From the NCBI GenBank assembly GCA_029547225.1, contig JAKPPS010000028.1, forward strand, positions 12,405-76,404: DNA of 64,000 nt. The letters are read 5' to 3'. A model generated the notes under the pieces. That model had not been told where the DNA came from and searched no databases. It saw nothing but the letters and a program-made list of their open reading frames with translations. Made by a program: the position numbers and the translations under genes. This DNA comes from a bacterium (lineage in GTDB: Bacteria > Patescibacteriota > Dojkabacteria > SC72 > WJKH01). Of this stretch, positions 54,402 to 64,000 are shown piece by piece. The stretch's first letter is position 1. Every line of letters begins with the position of its first letter.

Positions 54402-55541
54402 ATGAAATTAAAGGAAAAAATATTGCCTATTGCGGTTACTTTGGTAAACGGAAGTACATTCTGGGTTGCAATCATAACAGATTATTTTGTTGTAAAGGGA
54501 ATCCCACTTGAAACTGGGTTATTACTTATCAGTATGTATCAGATACTTAACATCATTTTCGAGTATCCAACTGGTGTGATAGGCGATAAAATAGGGCACA
54601 AATACTCTGTAATATTGGGAGGGATTTCTTTGATAATCGGATTTATTATACTAATCTTGGCAGAAGCGAATATATTTTTGTTCGGTCTATCTCTGGTTTT
54701 AGGAGCGTTGGGATTTAGCTTTATTTCTGGATCTGATATATCACTTATTGCAAGTAATGTGAAAGATATAAAAAGTACGAATTCGTTTTATAGTCAATCA
54801 GGATTGATAATGCAAATAATAATTATCATTTCTGGTACAGTGTTCTATTCTTTAAATCCGGATCTGCCATTTATATTAACTATCATCACAACACTTATTG
54901 GAGTAGTAACAGTCTTATTTTTCTCGAAAAATATTAAAACTAAAGATGAATCTTCGCCATTAAATTTCACTAAAAATGTTTTTAAAGAGTTTATAAGTAA
55001 AAAAGAATTATTACTTATCGTTTTATCTGCAGGTCTATTAGTAAGTACTTTCGGACCAATAAAATGGATAATAGGACCAATGCTTGGTGATATGAATATC
55101 GCTTCAGAATACTGGGGATTGCTATTTGCTTTACTATTTCTTGGCAGGTTTGTAGGAGCTAAAATTTCGAAAAAGGTTTCGATGAAACTTACTTTCCTTT
55201 TTGCGGTTTCAGTATTTGTATTTTTATTTCTGTCAGTAATATTCTTCAAGTCTCCTTTCAACTATGCATTCTTGGTCGTTTTTTCTATAGCATATGGAGT
55301 AGTAGAAACGAATTTTGGTTATTACTTGCTGAAAATTGTTAATCCCAATTATAAGTCTTCAATTATATCAATACGCTCAATGTTTTCTCGGCTGGTGTCC
55401 TCAATCTTGATCTTTCTCTTTACTATACCGATCCTCTCAGACACTTCTCAAGGTGGGCTATTGGTGCTTTCTATCTCGGCATTTTTAATGGTTACGCTTT
55501 TCTCAATATTCTATTTTCGGCATAGGGTGAGTATTGATTAG
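54402..55541 (+). CDS. MFS transporter
   Basis: EYPTGVIGDKIGHK motif A; SGSD; about 12 TM. Confidence 0.88.
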   Translation: MKLKEKILPIAVTLVNGSTFWVAIITDYFVVKGIPLETGLLLISMYQILNIIFEYPTGVIGDKIGHKYSVILGGISLIIGFIILILAEANIFLFGLSLVLGALGFSFISGSDISLIASNVKDIKSTNSFYSQSGLIMQIIIIISGTVFYSLNPDLPFILTIITTLIGVVTVLFFSKNIKTKDESSPLNFTKNVFKEFISKKELLLIVLSAGLLVSTFGPIKWIIGPMLGDMNIASEYWGLLFALLFLGRFVGAKISKKVSMKLTFLFAVSVFVFLFLSVIFFKSPFNYAFLVVFSIAYGVVETNFGYYLLKIVNPNYKSSIISIRSMFSRLVSSILIFLFTIPILSDTSQGGLLVLSISAFLMVTLFSIFYFRHRVSID

Positions 55542-55685
55542 TAGGTTAACATATTTAACTACGATTATTGAATTGTGATATGATTTGACTAGTTGTAAAG
55601 AATCATATAATTACGAAATAAAAGATATTTGTATATTGTAGATTTTTAGAAAACGAAGTTTGAGATAACTTGTGTAATTAATACG

Positions 55686-56052
55686 ATGAAAATATATATT
55701 GGGCATTCTCGTGAGTATAACTATTTAGAAGATTTGTACATGCCACTAAAGACAAGCTTGTTATTTAAAAATCATGAAATAATTTTACCACATGACAAAA
55801 GAAATTTAATCAGCAAGGACATTATCAAAAAGTGTAATCTGTTTATTGCCGAAGTATCTTTTCCCTCAACAGGATTGGGTATTGAGCTGGGATGGGCAAA
55901 CATTTTTTAATACTCCCATTCTTTGTATTTATCGAAAAGGTACAACTATTTCTGGATCATTAAAATATTTATGTGATAATTTTATTGAGTATTCGGATAG
56001 TGTAGATATGATTGAAAAAATCTCTAATCACATAAGTTTTTTAGATGAATAA
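55686..56052 (+). pseudogene. Frameshifted nucleoside 2'-deoxyribosyltransferase/DNPH1-like gene
   Basis: EVSFPSTGLGIELG; removing one T from the T6 run (55903-55908) joins the two ORFs as ...ANIFNTPILC... Confidence 0.75.
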
Positions 56053-56123
56053 GAGTTTTTGTTTTGCGGATAATGCAGTCAAAGTCTTCACTAAACAATT
56101 CAAAAAATGGTACACTAATAAAC

Positions 56124-56771
56124 ATGAAAAACTACTTTATAACATTTGAAGGAATAGATGGGTGTGGCAAAGACACACAGTTATTTAGGCTTGCAAAAGC
56201 AATAAAAGATAGAGCCATAAAAGGTATCGGCTCCAAGTATGATAATTTCTGGATAACCAGGGAACCGACGATGATAACTGAAGCGGGAAGGACAATCTCG
56301 CGTTTGATCAAGGGAGAATCGGTAACAAAGGAGGATGCTACAAAAGGATTTATTGGAGATAGGATAGAGCATTCGCAGATTATTAAACAACAGCTAACAC
56401 ATTCTCATGTACTATGTTCAAGATACGATTTCTCAACATTAACTTATCAGATGGTGCAGGGTATGGACTTCGAAACACTTTATAAAATGCACAAATATAA
56501 TCAGAAAAATGGCGCCCTTATCCCTGATATTACAATAATATTTGATTTACCTGCCGAAGTTGCTTTTCAGAGAATAAAGCAAAGAGGAGAGAAACTAGAA
56601 GTATTATACGAAAAAATCGATTTTTTATCCAAGATAGTGGATTGCCAGAATGAGTGTATCGAAAAATTGAAAAAATCAGGGCGAACTATAGTTCTAGTTG
56701 ATGCAACTTTGCCAATCGATGGTGTTACAGAAGATATGATTACGAAGATTAACAATATTGTTGCCAAGTAA
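56124..56771 (+). CDS. tmk: Thymidylate kinase
   Basis: FITFEGIDGCGKDT, TREP, SRY..S..YQ, PDITI; ATG at 56124. Confidence 0.9.
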   Translation: MKNYFITFEGIDGCGKDTQLFRLAKAIKDRAIKGIGSKYDNFWITREPTMITEAGRTISRLIKGESVTKEDATKGFIGDRIEHSQIIKQQLTHSHVLCSRYDFSTLTYQMVQGMDFETLYKMHKYNQKNGALIPDITIIFDLPAEVAFQRIKQRGEKLEVLYEKIDFLSKIVDCQNECIEKLKKSGRTIVLVDATLPIDGVTEDMITKINNIVAK

Positions 56772-56883
56772 TACTTGAATCTATTAGTGTAAAAGAAACT
56801 GAGTTAACCAAGTTAATCAATGAAATCTTGGTGATCCAATTATTTAAGATTCAAAGCATGATGGTTGGATTCAGATTCGTTGA

Positions 56884-58788
56884 CTATTCTGTAGTTTCGA
56901 GCATAGAAGAATTGTTATTATATCCGTTTGCTTGTAGGTTAAATGATTTCGCATAAAGGCCATTGAGTGATAATAACTCTTCGTGTGTACCATTTTCAGC
57001 AATTTTACCTTCGTCAATAGCAATAATTTTATCAGCATTTCTTACAGTGCTAAATCTGTGAGATATAATTATAACAGTCTTGTTTTCAAAGAAACCATAG
57101 ATTTTATTAAAAATTTTGTATTCAGATATTGCATCAATAGCCGATGTAGGTTCGTCAAAGATTGCGAGTGGGGCGTTACGATAAAAGAATCGAGCTATAG
57201 CAATTTTCTGTTTTTGTCCTGTACTTGGTCTGATACCACCGGTGTATTTTTCACTTAGAATCTGATCATATCCGTTGGTAAAGTTTGATATAAATTCATG
57301 TGCATCTGCATTTTTTGCAGCTTCTATTATTTTTTCTTCATCCATCTCTTTTACAGATTTTCCTAAATATATATTCTCCTTTGCTGTGAGATTATCATAG
57401 AAATTATATTCCTGGAAAAGGATTCCGAGATTCTTGTAATAGTCATCAATATTGAGTTTCTCTATATCGATACCGTCGATTAATATTTTACCTTTTGTAG
57501 GGTGGTATGTTTTTGCAATTAATTTGATTAAAGTTGATTTACCAGCACCATTTTTACCAACAAAAGCGACTTTTTCCCCTTGATTAATTTTTAGACTAAA
57601 GTCTTTTATTACGTATTTATCACTTTTTGGGTATTTGAACCATACATTTTTAAATTCTACTGATGGTGGATGATCGAGTCTAGGTAATTTAATGTTACCA
57701 TTGTTTTCTGAAGGTTCAAGATTAAGCAATTGGAATAGATCTAGAACTTTAATAGTAATTTCATTAGTAAATGATAAAGATTCAATAATACTGCCTAATG
57801 AAGATTGTAACTGATCTATTGAACTTTTCTGGAAGTTAAAATCACCAATAGAAATGTATCCTTGAATTGTATTCCAGATAATATATAGGAACGATAATGT
57901 ATCAATAATTGAGTCGCCTGTGTCGAGGAAGAAACTAGTTAAATTTCTCCCATAAGATATTTTTAATATTCCTTTATTGAATTTGTTGTAAAATTTCTGG
58001 ATTTTTGAATCAAGAAAGCTGTACGAGCCAATAATACTGATTTCTTGAAGCGTTGCTGGATTTTGTAGAAAATCAATTGATTTATTGGCTTTTCTTCTAT
58101 CTTCTGTATTATCAACCGACCAATCAAATTCTTTTTTTATGTAATGTTTATCAGGGAAATATTTTATGATTGTAAAGATGATTTGAATAGGTATGATTAT
58201 GGGCAAAAACTTTAAGATTATTACTGAATAGATAATTGATTTAACAATCTGAGCTAATAGATTCAAAGCTTCTTGTAAAAGATAAAATGTGTCATATGCC
58301 CATTCCGTACTCCTCTTGATAAGATTTACAATTTCTGGGTCTTCAAGTTGTTCAATTCTTAGAGTTTTTATTTTTTTATAGATTATTCTGTCTAAATAAC
58401 TTCTGCTTATTTGCCTTAACGATCGGCTTGAATGGATTTTTACTGCTCCTAATAAACTATATCCGAATATGAAATATAGAAGTAAATAGATTAGATATTT
58501 AATGATATTTGTTAAGTCAGTGCTATTGTTCTGAATTAAGAACATTATTTCGTCAAGAATCTTTGAGCTAACAATAATAAAGAAAAGATATCGTATATTA
58601 ATCAATATTGAAGAAACAACAAGTAGAGAGGACAATAGGGGAGAAATTTGAAAATATATCTTAAATGTTTGAGCTATGACTAAGAATGTACCCTTAATTC
58701 CGACCTTTTTTATTTCGGCCTTTTCTTCAGGTAGATTTGTAGTATTATTGTTTTTTTTCTTAAAGATATTTTTAATATTCATAAACAT
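56884..58788 (-). CDS. ABC exporter (TMD plus NBD)
   Basis: N-terminal TM domain; GKNGAGKST, PSTGQKQK, DEPTSAID, ISHRFST. Confidence 0.92.
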   Translation of the reverse strand: MFMNIKNIFKKKNNNTTNLPEEKAEIKKVGIKGTFLVIAQTFKIYFQISPLLSSLLVVSSILINIRYLFFIIVSSKILDEIMFLIQNNSTDLTNIIKYLIYLLLYFIFGYSLLGAVKIHSSRSLRQISRSYLDRIIYKKIKTLRIEQLEDPEIVNLIKRSTEWAYDTFYLLQEALNLLAQIVKSIIYSVIILKFLPIIIPIQIIFTIIKYFPDKHYIKKEFDWSVDNTEDRRKANKSIDFLQNPATLQEISIIGSYSFLDSKIQKFYNKFNKGILKISYGRNLTSFFLDTGDSIIDTLSFLYIIWNTIQGYISIGDFNFQKSSIDQLQSSLGSIIESLSFTNEITIKVLDLFQLLNLEPSENNGNIKLPRLDHPPSVEFKNVWFKYPKSDKYVIKDFSLKINQGEKVAFVGKNGAGKSTLIKLIAKTYHPTKGKILIDGIDIEKLNIDDYYKNLGILFQEYNFYDNLTAKENIYLGKSVKEMDEEKIIEAAKNADAHEFISNFTNGYDQILSEKYTGGIRPSTGQKQKIAIARFFYRNAPLAIFDEPTSAIDAISEYKIFNKIYGFFENKTVIIISHRFSTVRNADKIIAIDEGKIAENGTHEELLSLNGLYAKSFNLQANGYNNNSSMLETTE

Positions 58789-58920
58789 CTAATTTACACT
58801 TTTGAATAATATAATCTCTCATTATACTCTATAGGGTTAGAATTATCAACAAAAATTGTTATAGTATATGTTGCGTTAAAGCTAATATTTGTTTTGGCTT
58901 GTATTTAGAAAACGATTGAG

Positions 58921-61900
58921 TTACAAATTTGAATAATTAGACGCAGAATCCTTCAAAAACTCCCCAGTAGCACTATTCTTTGTATTAATTACATCTTGCA
59001 GAGAACCTTGGACGATTATTTGACCACCATTTTTGCCACCCTCTGGTCCTAGATCGATGATCCAATCAGCAATCTTGATAACATCTAAATTGTGTTCTAC
59101 AACGATAATGGTATTTCCTTTATTAACCAAGCGTCGTAAAACGGTCAGTAGTCTATCAACATCGTAAAAGTGAAGTCCAGTTGTTGGCTCATCAAGAATG
59201 TATAAAGTATGCCCCTTAGTGTTCTTTGAAAGTTCTTTTGCTAGCTTAATCCTTTGAGATTCACCTCCAGAAAGTGTAGTAGCTGGTTGGCCAAGTTTAA
59301 TATAGTCTAAACCGACTTGCTCAAGCAGCTCCAATTTGTTTCGGATATTTGTGAAGTTCTTGAAAAATTCCTTTGCTTCGCTCACAGTCATATCTAATAC
59401 TTCTGATATATTTTTACCTTTGTAGTCGATCTGAAGTGCATCAGCGTTATATCTTTTTCCATGACATGCGTCGCAAGTTACATACATATCAGGAAGGAAT
59501 TGCATTTCTATCTTTAATTGCCCTTCACCGTGGCACGTTTCGCAACGGCCACCTTTAACATTAAAACTAAATCTTCCTGCGTTATATCCTCTTGCTTTTG
59601 CTTCTGGTGTGGATGCGTAAATATCTCGGATGAAGTTAAAAATACCCGTATAAGTTACTGGATTTGAACGAGGTGTCCTGCCGATAGGTGATTGATCAAT
59701 ACTGATTACTGAGCGGATATTATCCATGCCCTCGAGACTTTGGTATTCTCCTTCAGGTAAAGGAAGGTTGTTTATTTTTCTTTCCTTGATAAGTCGATTT
59801 ATAATTGCAGGGTATAGTGTATCGTTAATCAGAGAGGATTTGCCACTTCCGGAAACACCTGTTACACAGATGAATTTCCCTAATGGAAAAGAGGCATTTA
59901 TCGACTTAAGATTATGGGTTGTGACACCACTTATAGATATCATCTCATCAGAATCGGTAAATGTATCCCTGATAGGCAAGCTAAGAGCTTCGTCGCCCAC
60001 GATAAGAGATCCATTTAAGTATTTGGCAGTCAACGAGCCGCCTTGCTTGATCGACTCCATAGTTCCCTCTGCGACTATCTTCCCGCCATGTGAACCGGCG
60101 AGAGGTCCTACATCGACTATCCAATCTGCGCTCTCCATAGTTTCTTTGTCATGTTCGACTACAACCAAGGTATTTCCTAAATCACGCAACCTAATAAGTG
60201 CTGTTATGAGTTTAGAAATATCCTTCGGGTGAAGTCCGATTGATGGTTCATCAAGTACATAGAGGACTCCTGATAATCCTGTACCTATCTGTGATGCAAG
60301 TCTGATTCTTTGTGATTCCCCTCCGGATAGCGTGTTTGCTCTTCGGTCGAGAGATAGGTAATTAAGTCCAACATTGTTGAGAAATTGAAGTCTTGCAAGT
60401 ATTTCATTTAGTATTGTTTTACCAATCTCTTTCTTTACACCGCTCAATTGAATATTCTCAAGAAAGTCTTGGCATTCGTTGATTGGCATAGCAGTTAATT
60501 CGTTTATATTGATTGATTTGGTTGAGCTATTCTTAAAATTTTTGGAATTTTCATTAGACTTTTTTTCTATTGAAGTTATAAGAACGCTTAGGGCGTAGGG
60601 TTTTAATCTTTTACCTTCACAAAGTGAACAAGTCTGATCGATCATATATTTTTCCATATCTTGTCTGATAAAATCAGAATCTGTTTCAAGATATCTTCTT
60701 TCAAGTTGGGTAACGACTCCTTCAAAATGTGCATCATAAATCTTATTTTGTCCAAAACGATTACGATATTTTACTGTGTATTTGCTTTTTTTACCTTTTC
60801 CGTAAAAAATGAGGTCAAAAATCTCCTTTGAGTATTTTCCGATAGGAGTATCAAGGTCGAAATCATGTTCGAGTGCAACCTGTTCCAATAATTTTATTGA
60901 CCATGAATCAAGATTTGTTGTTACTCCTGACCAAGGGAAAATACCGCCTTCGTGAATAGTTAAATTCGGATTATAAATTCTCTCCACCTCAATCTGCTTA
61001 ATAAATCCCAGACCAGAACATTTTTCACACGCTCCTTGTGGTGCATTAAATGAGAATGAAGCAGGTGTTATCTCCGGAAATGAAATACCGCAGTTGTGAC
61101 AAGTATTTTTTTCTGCAAAAAAATGTTCCTTTTCTTCGATAAGTGCGATTATCTCACCATCTGACATTGATGAAGCGAGCTCGATCGCATCTCTAAGCCT
61201 TTTTGAGTAATCTCCGACATATTCTGTGTGTTTATTCTTACTAAACTCATTTAATTCGTTCTTTATTTTTTCATCTATAGATAATCTGTCGATAATAAGC
61301 TCAATGTTGTGTATTTCGTATTTTTTCAGATTAATTTTATCCGCCTCATCGAGACTGAACATTTCGCCATCAACTCGTACTCTTAAAAAACCTTTCCCTA
61401 ATAATCGTTCAAAAAGCTCTCTGTATTCACCCTTTTTGCTTCTTATCAAAGGAGATAATATCTGTAGCTTAATAGTGTTTTCTTTTGAGAAATCAAAATC
61501 TTTAAGAATATCGATAATCCTGTCAGTTATCTCATCAATAGTTTGAGATTGGACAAGTTGTCCGCATTTTGGACAGTGAGTTTCGCCAACTCGTGCAAAA
61601 AGCAATCTAAGGTAGTCGTAGATTTCTGTAATTGTCCCAACTGTAGATCTTGGATTGTTGCTTGAAGTTTTTTGATCGATTGATATAGCTGGGGATAGGC
61701 CAGTTATGCTTTCGACATCGGGTTTTTCCATGAGGCCAAGAAATTGTCTTGCGTATGATGAAAGGGACTCAACATATCTTCTTTGTCCTTCAGCGTAAAG
61801 TGTGTCAAAAGCAAGGGAAGATTTACCGCTTCCTGAGACTCCAGTAAATACGACCATCTTATTTTTTGGTATTTTGAGGGAAACATTTTTGAGGTTGTGA

Positions 61901-61935
61901 ACATTTGCATTTTTTATCTCTATGTATTCTTGCAT
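58921..61935 (-). CDS. uvrA: Excinuclease ABC subunit A
   Basis: GVSGSGKSSL twice, EGQRRYVES, LSGGESQRI twice, zinc fingers; likely start MQEYIE at 61935. Confidence 0.97.
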   Translation of the reverse strand: MQEYIEIKNANVHNLKNVSLKIPKNKMVVFTGVSGSGKSSLAFDTLYAEGQRRYVESLSSYARQFLGLMEKPDVESITGLSPAISIDQKTSSNNPRSTVGTITEIYDYLRLLFARVGETHCPKCGQLVQSQTIDEITDRIIDILKDFDFSKENTIKLQILSPLIRSKKGEYRELFERLLGKGFLRVRVDGEMFSLDEADKINLKKYEIHNIELIIDRLSIDEKIKNELNEFSKNKHTEYVGDYSKRLRDAIELASSMSDGEIIALIEEKEHFFAEKNTCHNCGISFPEITPASFSFNAPQGACEKCSGLGFIKQIEVERIYNPNLTIHEGGIFPWSGVTTNLDSWSIKLLEQVALEHDFDLDTPIGKYSKEIFDLIFYGKGKKSKYTVKYRNRFGQNKIYDAHFEGVVTQLERRYLETDSDFIRQDMEKYMIDQTCSLCEGKRLKPYALSVLITSIEKKSNENSKNFKNSSTKSININELTAMPINECQDFLENIQLSGVKKEIGKTILNEILARLQFLNNVGLNYLSLDRRANTLSGGESQRIRLASQIGTGLSGVLYVLDEPSIGLHPKDISKLITALIRLRDLGNTLVVVEHDKETMESADWIVDVGPLAGSHGGKIVAEGTMESIKQGGSLTAKYLNGSLIVGDEALSLPIRDTFTDSDEMISISGVTTHNLKSINASFPLGKFICVTGVSGSGKSSLINDTLYPAIINRLIKERKINNLPLPEGEYQSLEGMDNIRSVISIDQSPIGRTPRSNPVTYTGIFNFIRDIYASTPEAKARGYNAGRFSFNVKGGRCETCHGEGQLKIEMQFLPDMYVTCDACHGKRYNADALQIDYKGKNISEVLDMTVSEAKEFFKNFTNIRNKLELLEQVGLDYIKLGQPATTLSGGESQRIKLAKELSKNTKGHTLYILDEPTTGLHFYDVDRLLTVLRRLVNKGNTIIVVEHNLDVIKIADWIIDLGPEGGKNGGQIIVQGSLQDVINTKNSATGEFLKDSASNYSNL

Positions 61936-62396
61936 AAGTCGTATTATACCATTTTTTTGCATTTTTATAAACTGCAATCAGTTTAATAAATAGTGTAGTA
62001 ACTGGTTTAGCAATTGTTTTAGTAAATAGTTTTTGAGTGACACATAGTCTTTGAAAAGATTTGATTTTGTGATTGATACTAGGCTTGAGAATTACAATCA
62101 ATGTGCGAGTAGAAATAGCTTTAAGAAAAGTAATCTGAGCAAGTGAATAAAAATGAAAATGCGAAAAAAGTTTTATGCATATATTATTCATGTTTTATCG
62201 GGAAATTTTTCAAAATTTTAGTATTTTTTTATATAAAAAAGTACAAAGTGGGCCGGTAAACTATGGGGTTTAGTTAGATATCGCCAATCTGCGGTTTTTG
62301 GGTTGCATCATTATTATATATAAATTGCTCGATTTATGTTGACATCATACGCATAATATCGATATACTGTAATATTAGAGGTGAACTATTTTTACT

Positions 62397-64000
62397 ATGA
62401 AATTTACTGCCCAATCAAAAATAATAAATTCCTTTGTATTTAAAACTTTTGTAGTAGTTTTATTTGCTACCTTAAGTTTCTTACTTTTCTCTCAAAATCC
62501 TAATCAAGTTGAAGCTTCAATAAACCAATCGCTTTCTTATCAAGTAAAAGTTTCAAATCCTGATGGTACAAATCTTACAGTTACCGATGCAGATTGTCTT
62601 AGTGGGACTTGTAATTTCAAAGCTAGTCTATACGACGCTGCGACTGGTGGTACTCTTGTATGGCAACAAACAATTGCTGCAACTGTTGGTGCTAATGGTA
62701 TTACCACATTGAAGCTTGATTGTAGTGGTACATTTAGCAACTGTAATCAAAACGGTGGACCCAATTTTAACAGTGGGGAGCTATTTCTACTTGTTGAGTT
62801 TCAGCCTGATGCAGGTGGTGCTTATGAGGCTTTTTCTCCTCGTGTTGAACTTGTAGCAGCACCATACGCTTTTAATGCTTATCAGCTTGATGGTTATGGA
62901 AGTGGTGATTTTGTAAAATTTATTGAAAGCACAGCTCAGGAGGATACTAGTACTGATAGTTCGATTTTTATCAATAAAACGGGTGAGGGTGGTTATATTT
63001 TGCAATTACAAAATGATGCTGTTGATGCTTTTTTGATCGACTATGAAGGAAAAGTTGGTATCGGTGCTGCAAGCTCTAGTGCACTACTTCAGCTTGGTAC
63101 AACAGGTAAGCTTGGTACACTCGGCTTTGCAGGTTCAACATCGGGATTGGTAACAGTACAACCTGCCGCCGCAGCAGGAACCTGGACAATGACTTTACCT
63201 ACCAGTGCAGGTACAAATGGTTATGTATTGTCAACTGATGGTAATGGTGTAACTTCGTGGTCGGCAGTAACCTCATTGGTAGCTGCCGACACTTGGGATT
63301 ACGATGATTTTGTTGATACAATGTCTCTTGATGCGAACTTGATAACTAATCAAACGACCTATACTTCAACTCACAATTATACAGGTACTACAACAACAGG
63401 ATTAACCTACAATGCTGATAGTGTAACCACAGCAAATGCTATGGAGATTTCGGCAGATGGTTTAACTACAGGAAGTGGACTACTCATCTCTTCAACTTCT
63501 ACAGCTGGAGCAGCAAGTAACAGTTCATTCTTATTAAAACTTTCTAGCGAAGGAACTAATGCAAATTCTACTCACAGAAAATATGGTTTGGATGTAGCTA
63601 TTGCAAATACAGGTAATTCTGCAAGCGATTATGGAGTTAATGTGTATGTCAGAGGTGACTATCGAAATTATGGGATCTATTCTTCTGTTATTGGTGCGAC
63701 TCGAGAGCAATGGGCAGGATATTTTCTTGCAAGTGGAGTAGATTTAAATTATGGGGTGTATTCCGAAGTCACTACAGATGGTAACTCTGCAACTGCTGCT
63801 TCATATGCGGGCTATTTTACCAATGGTGGAACAAATATTGTGACAGATGGTTTAAGTAAGTATGGTCTGTATGTTTCTTCTTCTGGTTCATTTACAGGCT
63901 CAACAGGCACAACAACGAATAACTATGGATTGTATGTGAGTGTAGCAGGTGCAGATAATAATTATTCAGCTATTTTTTCAGGAGGAAATGTTGGTATAGG
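62397..64000 (+). CDS. Large surface/tail-fibre-like protein (runs off the window; not in the ORF track)
   Basis: MKFTAQSK..., signal/TM segment, SYQVKV, PRVELVAAPYA, GKVGIG/GNVGI repeats, G/S/T-rich; TTGACA-N18-TATACT promoter at 62339-62368. Confidence 0.85.
   Translation, partial: MKFTAQSKIINSFVFKTFVVVLFATLSFLLFSQNPNQVEASINQSLSYQVKVSNPDGTNLTVTDADCLSGTCNFKASLYDAATGGTLVWQQTIAATVGANGITTLKLDCSGTFSNCNQNGGPNFNSGELFLLVEFQPDAGGAYEAFSPRVELVAAPYAFNAYQLDGYGSGDFVKFIESTAQEDTSTDSSIFINKTGEGGYILQLQNDAVDAFLIDYEGKVGIGAASSSALLQLGTTGKLGTLGFAGSTSGLVTVQPAAAAGTWTMTLPTSAGTNGYVLSTDGNGVTSWSAVTSLVAADTWDYDDFVDTMSLDANLITNQTTYTSTHNYTGTTTTGLTYNADSVTTANAMEISADGLTTGSGLLISSTSTAGAASNSSFLLKLSSEGTNANSTHRKYGLDVAIANTGNSASDYGVNVYVRGDYRNYGIYSSVIGATREQWAGYFLASGVDLNYGVYSEVTTDGNSATAASYAGYFTNGGTNIVTDGLSKYGLYVSSSGSFTGSTGTTTNNYGLYVSVAGADNNYSAIFSGGNVGI

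Overview
AT-rich bacterial chromosome window, read with the standard genetic code. It most resembles a Patescibacteria/CPR genome, possibly Dojkabacteria; this is inferred from the divergent rRNA and gene content, not from a database search. It opens with an rRNA operon (5'-truncated 16S, tRNA-Ile, tRNA-Ala, 23S with a helix-45 IVS-like insert, 5S). Housekeeping genes follow, mostly on the + strand: nth, rpsA, clpC, radA, rho, leuS, cyclophilin, comEA, split comEC, sufU-like, nrdR-nrdD-nrdG, pyrG, argS, tmk, uvrA. Seven solo tRNAs (2 Ala, 4 Arg, 1 Pro) are interspersed. A ~5.9-kb serine-recombinase element is inserted at tRNA-Pro. After it come an accessory block (class B sortase with an NPxTN substrate) and a truncated giant surface protein. 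Highlights: (1) an ArgRS fused to an N-terminal B3/4 (CtdA-like) editing domain, flanked by tRNA-Arg genes lacking A20; (2) a duplicated, covarying structured motif with attenuator/antisense-like pairings inside the integrated element; (3) a structured repeat directly after two different tRNA-Ala genes; (4) a class III RNR whose glycyl-radical loop is a separate 58-aa protein missing from the ORF track; (5) an orphan ~205-nt ncRNA candidate; (6) an 86-bp intergenic element shared by the radA and comEA regions; (7) many apparently leaderless genes.
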